Source: Felis catus (lineage: Eukaryota). From it: a stretch of 64,000 bases of DNA. The notes under the pieces are model-generated. The model had not been told where the DNA came from. It searched no databases and was given only the letters and a program-made list of their open reading frames with translations. Within the stretch, counting starts at the first letter, position 1. The number at the start of each line of letters is the position of its first letter. The translations under genes were made by a program, and so were the position numbers. Location: positions 169,074,001 to 169,138,000 of the forward strand of contig NC_058368.1 of the NCBI RefSeq assembly GCF_018350175.1. The letters are read 5' to 3'. Positions 26,061 to 37,924 of the stretch are shown piece by piece.

Positions 26061-26249
26061 GCACACATTCATTTTCCATGTATTGCTCAATGCCATTGTA
26101 AAGGAGGTGTCCTCTAGGCCCTTTCAGGGGACATAGAGACAAATGAGCCAGTAGCACATGATAAAGTTACTCCAACAATCCTTCCTAATCCCTAAGTCTT
26201 TGGAATCCTAAATTACACCAAAGAATTTCTGCCATCTCTCCTTTGCTCT

Positions 26250-26740
26250 CTGTAGACCTGAATGAAGGAAAGGGGAGGGAGCACTCCAAACAGAGGAAAC
26301 AATGACTACACAAAGACTCAGACCCAACATAAAACAAGGCAAGTTCAAGGACCTGGAAGAAGCTCAGTACAGACAGATTGAAGAGAGTGAGGGAGGAATG
26401 GCCAAAGACAAGCTAGAAAAGTAAGTAATGGCCACAGGATACGGGTACTTGAGGCATAGCAAAGGAGTTGGACTTCCTAGCAGTAGGGCAATTCCGGGGT
26501 TCTGACCATGGAAACAGCACGATCACACTTCATCTTCAGACACTGCACTCTGGCAGTGACTGGGAGTGGATTAAAGGAGTGAGAATCTGGTCTAGACTGG
26601 GAGTAGATTAAAGGAATGCAAGAATGATCAAGGGACAAACAGTTTGGAGGCGATTGTGGCCATCCATGCAACAGACAACGGGGTACTGGACTTAGGAGAC
26701 AGCAGTGGCAATGGACAGAAGGGATTAGGTCCAAGAGTTT
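26250..26740. mobile_element. L2 LINE remnant
   Basis: Purine-rich L2-like text: 'gatcacacttcatcttcagacactgcactctggcagtg...ggggtactggacttagg'. Confidence 0.6.
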
Positions 26741-27418
26741 GTTAGGATGGTCGGAGATTGTTGGGACACACAGTGCTCCCCCAAGAGACCTCTTAGCAGT
26801 TGTGAGATGTATCTTCAGTATTTCCTGCCCTTCAGAAAAGGCATTAGCAGCTCCTACACTCTGAGCAAGGCCTGGGACCTGCCCTGACCCTGGACCCCTC
26901 CCAGGGGCATCCCCTGCTCGAGTGCTGGGTGGCCCACAGGCCCATCACCGACTCAACAAGGGAGGCTGTCGGTGGAGTCAGTGCTGGGATTTTGGCCTCA
27001 TAACTCACAGCCTGCTACTGGGGTGATGGATGGGCTCTGTGCAGCTTGCCATTGATCCGGGTCCTCGCCAAAGAGTAGAACAACAGTGACCGCAACATTT
27101 ACATCATGCGCTGACTCGTGTCTGCAAGGCGGCGCCGAGGCCCACAGGACTGTGCCGAGAGACATCTGCGTGGCAGCACACGGCTCAATTCCTCCTTTTC
27201 TCTCCGCTTTGTAAATTGCCTTTGTCAGCTTCTCCTAGCGGAAGCTACTCTCTTCATCAATCAGAACAATGGCCTGTTGGAATGAAAAATTCCCCTTCCC
27301 AGCCAGCTGAAGTAAAGGGTTTCAGGCCTGAGCACACACCCTTGGCTCCCGAGCAGCCACCAACAGGCTGCCACACCCAGGGCTGGGTGGTGGCCCTTCA
27401 GCCCTACCCTACCCCCAA

Positions 27419-27419
<1 letters not shown>

Positions 27420-27462
<43 letters not shown>
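27420..27462. repeat. (CA)n microsatellite
   Basis: Directly visible in the sequence. Confidence 0.97.
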
Positions 27463-27464
<2 letters not shown>

Positions 27465-27719
27465 CAGTCCCCGTTGGCTGATGGCTTTGGTGTCTGAGCA
27501 GAATTCAGATTTGTAGGGCTCAGAACTGCCAAATGTCTGGTCGTAATAAAGACAATATCTGCCTATATGTGTTTAGCGCTTAACATATCCATGAAATTTC
27601 CATTTGTTCCTTTATGACACGTGTGCTGAATGCTTCCTTTCTGGAGGCAGGAGATTCACATAGATTATCTTGGACAGGATACTGTTTAAGGTCAAGAGAG
27701 GATCCTGTCCCTGGGGCTA

Positions 27720-28150
27720 AGCTACAGGATTCGGTTTGCTACTACTGGCCCACTGTGCAGCTTTGGCCAGGTAAGTAACCGAACCTGTTCTTTCTTCCGT
27801 ACAATGAAGACTGTAGGCATACCTGCCACATAGAAATGATATGAAGATTAAATGACCTAATAGATGTCATCTGCTTAAACTAGTGCCTGGATCAGAGAAC
27901 AGCACCTGAAACATGGTAAGTGCTATTTCAATGACACCTATTATTTATTGTCATCATCATCAACACTGTCATTATGTTTATCAATATTTGCTTAACCTTG
28001 TGAGAGAGAAGGATTAAGTATTACTATGCCCATTTTATATATGAAGGAACTGAGGCTCCAAGGCTTGGAGGTGACTAACCTAGTGAGGTGACTAACTTAT
28101 ACCTGATGCCAGTAAGTGTGTCCCAGCTGCAAGCCTAATGCTCTTACCAT
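27720..28150. mobile_element. Two MIR remnants in opposite orientation
   Basis: 'atgaagattaaatga...' (+) and 'cccattttatatatgaaggaactgaggctc' (-). Confidence 0.65.
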
Positions 28151-29516
28151 GTCAGTCACATGGTTCTATTGAGTTAAGGACGTTCTTTTACCCTCATTAT
28201 TAAAATGATAAGAAAGAATCCAGAGCTCACCACCCCCAATATAATTTGGCCAGCCTCCTCTACAGATTATCTTCTCCCTGTGGGCAGGGTAAGACATACT
28301 CCATTTCTCCTCCCCCCACCTCCCACCCCCCACCCACCCCACCCAAACTCCCTCCTGGGAGTTTCCAAAGACATCACTTTCAAAGGCTGACACTGCTGGC
28401 CACGAGACTGGCAGGGGCAGAGGAAGGTGCCCTGAGGGTCACCACCCAGCCATTCTTGTAGGCTCTCCTAGGCCATCCGTGAATAGTGTGCCCTGGAAAG
28501 GCAGTCTCATCAAGTAAGTTGCTGGTAGTTTCCCAGATTGTTGAGGCTACAGGTGTTACCATCAAGTCCTTGTCTTTCTGCACTTCAAGCTGCTGACTGG
28601 CCATCAGCACTGCTGGAGAGGCCGGCCACAAAGCAGGACTCACTGCTTCCCAGTCAGGGATGAATGTGGCTCAGATTCTGCCTTCTGTTCTGCTGGAGGT
28701 GGGAGCACAGTGTGGAACCAGGGAGATCATTTGAGTAGGGGATCATTTGATCCAGGAAGATCATTTGAGCCAGGGTCACAATGTCCTGAGGCTCCTACGC
28801 CCCCTCCTTCCTGTGGCTGATTCACTCCCAGCTCCTGTTCTCCTGAACTTCCATGCCTGCCCAGACTCTCCCGTGCAGCAGGCTTACCTGGGCCCCTCAT
28901 GGCTGCTCCCCTTCCTCTCTAGATTCTGACATGGTGCCCTGTATCCAGTGGCCAGATCCAGCTTCCTGAGGCTCACTCAGGTTGGTTCCGAGCCCTGACT
29001 GGATGGTCTGCTGAGGATGCCTTCCCTACCTCATCCCAGGGCCAACGGACTCAGTCACACCTCCAGGAAGTACTAGCCTTTATTCAGGCTAACCACCCTG
29101 AATATGACAGCTGACACAGCTGGCTTCTGCTGGGGCTTCCCTCTGCTGCCATTAGCCATCCATTTCCCTTCATGCCGTATCTCCTGGGTGACAGAGCTAA
29201 TCAATCTCAACTAGCCCACCTCGGAGGCATTAATGCAGTTGATTGCCTCCTGACAACAGCTAGCAGGAAATACATGAATCCCTTCTTACAAGGTGGGGGA
29301 ATGCTTGTATAAATAGAGGAAGCCCAACATTTTAACCTAGGGAAGGCCTGGACACCAGTATTAGAAGTTTTAGAATGAAAGCTCTTATGTGTACTTACAA
29401 TTTGTGTCTTCTTGCTGTCTAATCAACTTCTTTCTAAGAAGTTTTTATGTCTCATACACTAGAGTCCCAAATATGCCAAAAGCAAACCAGCAATAATCCA
29501 AACAAGACAAAGGTGT

Positions 29517-29768
29517 GGGGGGTGCCTGAGTGACTCATTTGGTTAAGGGTTCAACTCTTGACTTTGGCTTAGGTCACGATCTCATGGTTCGGGAGTTCTA
29601 GCCCCACATCGAGCTCTACGCTGACATTGCAGAGCCTGATTGGGATTCTCTGTCTCCCTCTTTCTCTCTGCCCCTCCCCCACTTGCTCTCTCTCTATCTC
29701 TCTCAGAAATAAATAAATAAGTAAATAAATAAATAAATAAATATTTTAAAGGAAAAGAAAAAGAAAAA
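29517..29768 (+). mobile_element. Can-SINE with (TAAA)n tail
   Basis: Head 'gggggtgcctgagtgactcatttggttaag', (TAAA)n tail, target-site duplication 'aaaggtgt'. Confidence 0.93.
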
Positions 29769-30601
29769 GGTGTTGGTTGAAACTTATACTCACTCTGGGA
29801 TACATTAAATATGCTTGTTGTGTGCTGTGAAGGCTAAACTAGAGGAGAGCAGAGGCTCCTTCCCGAGACACTAGATAAGGTTCAGGTGTGAATGTCCAAG
29901 CTCCTCCAGGTTAATGGAGGTGCCCTGGAGAGCCTCTGCTACCAGTGAGGACAAGGAAGTTGAAGTGTATGGAGAAGACAGCACTGTTTCTCATGTGACA
30001 GCTTAGCTCTGCTATGTCTACATTCCTCTCTGGAATTTTGGGAGTGAATTTGGAGGTGGCCGTGGTAAGCAGAGGCAGGGACGTGGCTGCTGTTGCCATG
30101 CACCAAGAGAATCATGCCCATGAGGACCACTGTGCGACTACACACTCTGGAGAGAGCTGCTAATGTGGCACATCTCTGAGGATGTCTCCCTGAGTGTTGG
30201 CAAGATCACTGTGTGTCTTGGGTCAGGAACAACTTTGGACAAACACTGATGTGGGGGAAGGGAAATAATGAATGTGGAATCAATACTCACAAACATTCAG
30301 GGTGTTTGGGTCCAGGAAATGTAAATGTTCTTTCCTCTCCTGCCATCTCTCCCAGCTGCATTCAAATGAGGAGACCCTTTGTGGAGCCAAGGGTTATACA
30401 TGCAATATGTTTTGTTCTGGTTGGCATTAAGCCTACAAAGAAACAACCTAGTTAAGTCCCTCCCCCCAGATTTAGTTCATGAATTTATTTTTTTTCCATT
30501 TCCATCACAAATTTCCTGTTAGAATAAGATGTTTTTGTTTTAGGTTTTACCAAGCTTGGAGCTGCCTCTGTTCTCTGCAAATCAACAAAGCTGATTCTTG
30601 A

Positions 30602-30760
30602 TTTTTTTTAAGTTTTTTTTTCTTTACTTATTTATTTTGAGAGAGATACAGAGGGAGAGAGAGAATCCCAAGCAAGCTCGTGCTGTCAGCGCAGAACCCA
30701 ACACGGAGCTCAAATTCACGAACCATGAGATCATGAACTGGGCCACCACCCAGGTGCCCC
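30602..30760 (-). mobile_element. Can-SINE with internal deletion
   Basis: Target-site duplication 'aagctgattct' at 30588-30598 and 30761-30771. Confidence 0.92.
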
Positions 30761-31128
30761 AAGCTGATTCTGATGTTAATGCACTGAGCCAGAAGTCACA
30801 GGACACTAAGAGACAGATACAGCCAAAGAGCTTTCCACACCCCTCATGCCCTTCAAATGCCATGTAATGTCTAGATAGAATATCCAGATGGCTCCCAGCT
30901 TCCTGTGAGAGTGGGATTCTTTCCCCATCTGCTCAGTGCTGGCCCCCAAGACTGGTGCTACTTCTTCAGCAGTGGGTGGGCAGCGGGAAGCACAGCCCCT
31001 GAGGGGCTGCCCACATATTCAGGCTGGCTCACTGCAGGCCTGAGGGGCTCTGCTCTAAGGCAGAAGGTACAGGGTCCCAGACACCTCAGGTTTCCTCAGG
31101 TGTGGACCCAGATCAATATGTAGTGTCA

Positions 31129-31405
31129 CAGAGAAAGACAGATACCATATGTTTTCACTCTAATGTGGATCCTGAGAAACTTAACAGAAACCCATGGGGG
31201 AGGGGAAGGAAAAAAAAAAAGAGGTTAGAGTGGGAGAGAGCCAAAGCATAAGAGACTCTTAAAAACTGAGAACAAACTGAGGGTTGATGGGGGGTGGGAG
31301 GGTGGGGAGGGTGGGTGATGGGTATTGAGGAGGGCACCTTTTGGGATGAGCACTGGGTGTTGTATGGAAACCAATTTGACAATAAATTTCATATATTGAA
31401 GAAAA
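31129..31405 (+). mobile_element. Young felid L1 (L1_Fc-type) 3'-terminal fragment
   Basis: ORF2 tail and 3' UTR 'cagagaaagacagataccatatgttttcactc...gacaataaatttcatatattg'; perfect 14-bp target-site duplication 'aatatgtagtgtca'. Confidence 0.95.
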
Positions 31406-34400
31406 AATATGTAGTGTCAGCTCTCTACCCTCTGGGATAACTAAGGGCTGTTTCCCCCTGTTCTTTAACAGCAACATAAAAAGTAAGTACCCGTGTTTTC
31501 CAGCCCGGAGGCACTAGAAGGGGATTTGCAGATGTTACCTGATCTCTACCCATTCTGTGGCAAAGTACCCTCTCTTCAAGAAAGAGGGCACATGGACCTG
31601 TGTCTATTTTGCTTCAAGAAGATGGAGCGAATTCCTATGTACCAATCACATCTGCTTCCCAGAGGAGGTGCCTCAGAGTCTCAGGTCCCTGTGGGGGTAT
31701 TGTTCTGAGAGCCCCTGGGAAGACATAGTTGAGCAAGAGGTTTCTTGATGCAAGAAAGGTTTCTCTTTCTTGACCCACGTGTCTCCAGCAGAAATCATTT
31801 CAGAGTGGACATGGAATGGCAAGGTTAACAGTGTAGCTTCAATATAAAACCATGTTGAATTCTACTATACAATGTTCAAGGGGTAGAGATACTTTCTGCC
31901 TGGGACAGAAATTCTACCGCTTTCCTGTTACCAGGCTTCCCCATACAGCAAAAGTTCCTGATTTATAAACAGTTTTAACACTTTTGCTTTCTCCACCACT
32001 CCTGCTGGGCTATTTTTGGTCCCTTACTGAAGAACGAAAGCAAAATTACATTTTAAAACCAACCATTAGTTTATTGACACTGAGGAGGTGTGTTAATCAA
32101 GTCAGACTTTTTCCTTTCTTGATCAATACATATCTGGCTTGTCCTGCTAATAGACAGTTACCCAATTACCTGTCTCTAATCGCAGCCTCTGCATCCTTTA
32201 AAACTTCAGCTTGTTTCATTGATCAGGTAACAGCTAAATTGGCACCCACTCTCTTGCAGAACAGATTTAATCTGCCCTGCAGTTGATTAAAACGCCTCAC
32301 CAAAACCAGAGCCAGATGAAATTTTATCACCTCTACAGTGCATTCAGTTGTTATCACAGCACAACATGGAACAAGGTATAGCGTGGAGGAAATTGAACTT
32401 CAGTGTCCATTGACCACTCCTCAGAGACTTCCAAAAGTACAGTGGGATAAATGTGTCTCAGAAACAGCAAATTCCTGGGTCTCACCTCCCTAAGATAAAT
32501 TTCTAGAGTGGAATTCTTGAGTCAAAGGGGCAGTTTCTTAATACATCTGATGATTTGTTGGTTGCAGAACAAAGAAGATCAGAATATAAATAAGTATCAC
32601 CACACTATAACTATTGGAAAATACACTGTTCCCATTGTAAACTGATTTAATAAAAGGTAAATTTCCTGAGAATCACAGTGTGATACAGTGATAATCTTAT
32701 AGAAAACTTTAAAACAATTCTTATGTCCTCAACCTCTTATGTTGTTAAAATTTACTTAACCAATCTCTTATGTTATGAAAAAGTTGTAATTAAAATGGAA
32801 CTCTAGACTCCAGCTCACTCATACAGAGTAATCATTTACCCTGTCCTTGGGGATTAAATAATGAAGCTGAAGGCTTTCTAATTAACAAGGAAAAAAATCT
32901 AACTATTATCTATGTTATTCATTTTCACCTCAGCCTTGCAAAAGGAGAAAATGCAATGAATTCATTTGCAATAATAATTTGAAATCATAGGTAGAAAGCC
33001 AAAACATATCCAATATTTTATAATGTGTAAGTGATATGTGGATATAAATTATTTATAAATGGTTTATATTAAGTTTGCAACAAGGGAACAATGAACTCCT
33101 TGTCCAGTGTCATACAAATAAGGAACAAGGTACCTCAGCATAAGATGCCTTGGGAGCCATGGGGAAAAGTTTGCATTGACTTCTGCCAAGAATTTCTGCC
33201 CCGACTCCACATAAACCATCTATGCAGCTGTACAATGGGAGCCCAAAATCAAAATCTGTGCTCAAAAATACCTGAAAGGAGAGAATAAAGTCTGCTGTTT
33301 TTGGAACAATGATTTACGGTCTTGTTTAAACGACGTTACAGTTGGATTCAGATGAAATACCTTAGCTTCCCCATCCACAACCAGAAATTAAGAAGAAGAG
33401 GAAGAAGAGGGAGGAGAAGAACAACAACACACCCTTATTAAAGGTTATTTGCAAAAAAGAAAAAAAACTAGGTGTCAATTTCCCTTCTGTAAAAGTCAGC
33501 ACTGTACAATAAAGTGGAGACAAATAGGAAAGTAACAGATAAAAGGAATACATGCAAACAACAGATCACAGAATTTCCACATTGTATGTTTCTAAATCAG
33601 TCATACTGCTCTGAGATAAACTACCCCAAAACAACGGACACTGGTGCCTGGAACTTCACAGAACAAGAATGGAAATAAGAAATCTTCAGACTGCTGGGGG
33701 CCATGCTTTTCTGGCTACTTACCAGACACCAAAAACCCACCCTATTTGCTGCGTTAATCAAGATCCAGCGTGTCACTTCACGGGACAGTGTCAATACCTG
33801 TATGGATGGAGCTGTCTTTAGTAGACCTTCTCTAGGAGTTCCCACAAGGCCTTCCTTTCCCTCCTTCTCCAGGACATCCACAGTGGCCTGTCCCTACTTT
33901 GATCTCTACTTTTGACAGGATCTTGGGAAGGATTTAGTTCATTATAGCAGCCCTTTTGGCTTTTCTCAGAGGCAAATTGATTGGTCTGTTGTGACTTAAT
34001 TTTAGCTATTGCTTTCTGAGGAAGCGGAACAGCTTTTATCCTTCCTTCTGAGGAAATACCAGAAACTATATGTTTTGAAATACTAGGTGGTATTATCTTT
34101 CAAGGTTGATGTCACCTTCAGGCTGAGAGTGGGGACATTGAGTGTTTGCCAGAAGTGCCCCCAGACCCCTAGACCAGCGTAAAACTTGGGAGCCCTTAAA
34201 CAGAAAGAATGCTTTTTACCAAGATGACACCAAGAAAGAATAAAGGAGATAATTGAAGTGTTTCCTGCTAGTGAGGAACTGGACCTATAGTAGGTGCCTA
34301 GGCCTGTCACATAGTAGGTGCTTGAAGACTGTTGCTCAAATATATCTACTGTGCAAAGGAGTTGCGTTTTTATTGCCACTTCCAACAAGAATCCCTCAGT

Positions 34401-34599
34401 GTCAGACCAGGGCACATAGGAGTCAGGGGTGGCCATGGACCCAAGAGCTAATCAATCTATTCAATAACATCTGGAATAGTCTATTCACTACAAGGTCTTC
34501 AGTGGAGCTTAGGAACTTTCTGACTGTTTACATTCTTCCTCCAATGCCACAACCTTCACCTTTTTCTCTATTCTGACTTCATTCTTGTTGGTTTACCTT

Positions 34600-35119
34600 C
34601 CTTTTTTTTAATTTTTAATTTAAATTCCAGTTAGTTAATATACAGTGTAACATTAGTTTCAGTTATACAATATAATGACTCAACACTTCCATACATCACC
34701 CAGTGCTCATCATGACACGTGCACTCCGCTTTTTTTTTTAAGTTTATTTATTTCTTTTGAGAGGGAGAGAAAGAACGTGAGCAGGTGAGACACAGAGAGA
34801 GAGGGACAGAGAGAATCCCAAACAGGCTCCAGGTTGTCAGCGCAAAGCCCAACTTGGGGTTTGAACTCACAAAACATGAGATCGTCACCGGAGCTGAAAT
34901 CAAGAGTCGATGCTTAACTGACTTTAACCTATATCCCTAACCCATCTCCCCACTAGTAACCATCAGTTTCTTCTCTAAGGTTAAGAGTGTGTTTCTTGGT
35001 CTGCATGTCTCTTTTTTTCCCCTTTTGCTCATTTGTTTCTTAAATTCCACATGAGTAAAATCATAAGGTATTTGTCTTTTGCTGAGTGACTTATTTCTGT
35101 CAGCATTATATTCTCTAGC
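34600..35119 (-). mobile_element. Carnivore L1 3' end (L1_Carn-like), continuing into an N-gap
   Basis: 'ttagttaatatacagtgtaacattagtttcag...catcacccagtgctcatc...taaattccacatgagtaaaatcataaggtatttgtc'. Confidence 0.88.
34731..34923 (-). mobile_element. Can-SINE inside L1, head deleted
   Basis: Reverse-complement SINE body stops at 'gatgcttaactgac' without 'tgagccacccaggcgcccc'. Confidence 0.9.
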
Positions 35120-35439
35120 NNNNNNNNNNNNNNNNNNNNNNNNNNNNNNNNNNNNNNNNNNNNNNNNNNNNNNNNNNNNNNNNNNNNNNNNNNNNNNNNN
35201 NNNNNNNNNNNNNNNNNNNNNNNNNNNNNNNNNNNNNNNNNNNNNNNNNNNNNNNNNNNNNNNNNNNNNNNNNNNNNNNNNNNNNNNNNAGCTTGTTTAG
35301 TCCCCTTTCGCTTAATGCAGGCCCAAATCATAGACTTTGGGAGAAAAAAAGAAACATTAGTGCATTCATTTATGTATGAAAAAAATCAAGGATCAATTAC
35401 AGGATTTGCTCAAAACCACATAGCTGGTAAGTAATATTT

Positions 35440-35940
35440 ATGATAGTTAACACTTGAATATTTACTATGTGCCAGGCACTATTAAAGTGATTTACAGATA
35501 CACTTTATCCTTACAATCACTTGTGTTGTAGGTACTTGTGATGTGTCAACTTGGCTAGGTTACAGTTATGTTATATGACCAAATGCTAATCTAGGTGTTG
35601 CTAGGAAGATATTTTGTAGATTTAATTAAAGTCCATAATCAGATGACTTTAAGTAAAGGGAGATTGTCGTGGATAATCTGGATAGATTTTTGGAATTGCT
35701 TAGCCAGCACCCACAGATGTATAAGCCAATTCCATATAATAAATATACATCTACTGATTCAGTTTCTCTGGTTGAACCCTGACTGATACATGACAGCAAT
35801 TATATTCATTTTTTAGATAAAGAAACTAAGGAAGTGTAGAATTCAATTAACTTGTCCAAAGTCTCACAGGTAAATAGTACAGTGAGGGTTGAAAGTTCAG
35901 CATCCTGATTCCAAATCCTGGGTCTTATCCACTTCTGCCT
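35440..35940 (-). mobile_element. MIR split by an MLT2 LTR
   Basis: 'tttactatgtgccaggcact...atccttacaa' on the left and 'ttttagataaagaaactaagg...aacttgtccaaagtctcacag' on the right. Confidence 0.65.
35522..35790 (+). mobile_element. ERVL solo LTR (MLT2-like), internally deleted
   Basis: 'atgtgtcaacttggctagg...gactttaagtaaagggagatt...tttctctggttgaaccctgactgataca'. Confidence 0.85.
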
Positions 35941-37924
35941 ATCCAGACCACAAAATAAGATAAATATACTCTCTTGTTCCTGATTTTTTTCACACAAAAA
36001 GGAGTTTATTAGTTATACAACAGCAAGAGTAAATTGTCCATTATTTTGAGCTGTTTTGTTACCCTTTTCCTGATATAAACAGGAGCCACTTTGTCTTCAC
36101 TCACTGATGAGTTTATATTTGTGCTTTCTAATAGACTATAAACAATTACCCTCTAAGAGAAATATCACTGGGTTGTCTTTCATTCAATTTATTTAAAAAG
36201 AACAGATCTGAGAAGTCAACATGGTGGAGAAGTAGGGGGACCTGAAGTTTCCTCATCCCTCAAACACAGTAGTGTTGAGGCCAGAAGGCTTGGAATTTCA
36301 GGAATCCAGGCTACAGAGTGACAGAAACATCTCCAGGGGTGCACGGGGACAACTTGGTGGGCCATAGATGTGTCATCGTGAATTAGGAGAGATAAAACAG
36401 GTGATGTAGGCATGGAGGCATGGAGGGAAGAGATCCCCTTCTGTGGAGAAACAAAAGGAAGACAAAGAGAGGCTGAGGAGTTATAGGATTGTATTTGGAC
36501 AAGAGAAAAACCATGGACCAGGGAACAGAAAAAAAAAAACAGAGAAAGAACAAATTTCTAACTCAATCCAGGGTTGCGGGGCTTTCTCTGGACTGGGGCC
36601 TGACGTCCTGTTTGTGTTGTGTGCCTGGAGGGGAGGGGAGGGGGACCCAGCCCCAGGCTCATTAGTGATCTCAGAGGCACAGTCATAGAGAGAAGTCCCC
36701 TTCTTTGGGAAGAAGGTATATAGCCACTCCAAGGACAAAAGACCCTGCAGGCACCAGCCAGAGTCCCTTTGTTGGCTGGCAGAGCAGGGTGGTACTACCC
36801 CAGAACTGGGGCACATAGGGAGGGATCCTTTAAGACATCAGGGTTTGAATCCCACCTGAGCACCTGGGAGGTGTGGAGACTGTGGAATGGGACAAGCCGG
36901 CTTGCTTGTGCCCATGTGGCACTGTAAGGAGCCGGAGACCCTTTGTCAGTTGGGCAGAGAGGTACTTCCCTGGAACCAGGGCGCATGGAGCAGGATCCTT
37001 TAAGACATTAGGGTTTGAATCCCAGCCAACCACCTGGGAGGTGCCGGAGACTAGAGCAGGACAAACTGTGTCACTTGCACTTGCTTGTACTGTGAGGATG
37101 GCCTAGACAGAGTGGTTTGGGACACCCGGTCCAGGGAAGAGAGACTGGGGTGTCACCATTTTTCTCCCCGTCACCAACAAGGTGGGGTGTCAGACAGCAG
37201 GCCCACAGTGGAGGCGGGACTCGCCTACACCAAACCATGCCCCTCTGCACCTGGTAACTATGCAGTTACCGCAGCAAGATTGAGACTGTAGAGACCAGAC
37301 AGCCCCTCCTCCAGACCAGCACAGCCACCCGCTCCAAGGCACCAACACATACCAGTCCAATGGTTTGGCATTTTCTGATTTGATTCTTGGTCAATTCTTA
37401 TTTTATATATATATATATTTTTTTTTCTTCTTTTCTTCCTCTTATTTCTTCCCTTCTCTATTCTGATTGTTGGTTTGTTTAAGCAGACATTTTTAATCTA
37501 TTCTTTTTACTCCTCTTATGTATCTCCTTCTTCTTTATTTTCTTCTCTATCTGGATTAAGTGGTATAGTTTCTCTGTTTTGCTGCCTGCTTAATTCTTTT
37601 TTCTCTTCTTTTTCCCCACCCCTGTCACTTCTCTCTTTGTATGAGATAAGGCTTCGTCCACCTCCACCCACTTTCTTGATTTTTTCCAGGGCTACTTAAT
37701 GAATAAATCAAAGCACACCTGGTGGAAGGTCCAAACTACCACTACGACTAGGGAGATAAAGCAACTAAAGTCACAACAAAAGAGAGCATGCAACACATGC
37801 CAAAACACTTCCTGAATGGCCAGGTCCTGGACAGTGTTTGACCCTTTTTTAATATAGCAGTGCCCACAGGTGTATGACACAATACAAGCTATTAAAACAC
37901 GTAAAGGACAGAAAACTAGCCAAA

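Noticed and set aside
28725-28772. Three copies of 'gatcatttga' with short spacers
   Set aside because: Too short and irregular for a CRISPR-like array, and the context is eukaryotic; best explained as local slippage.
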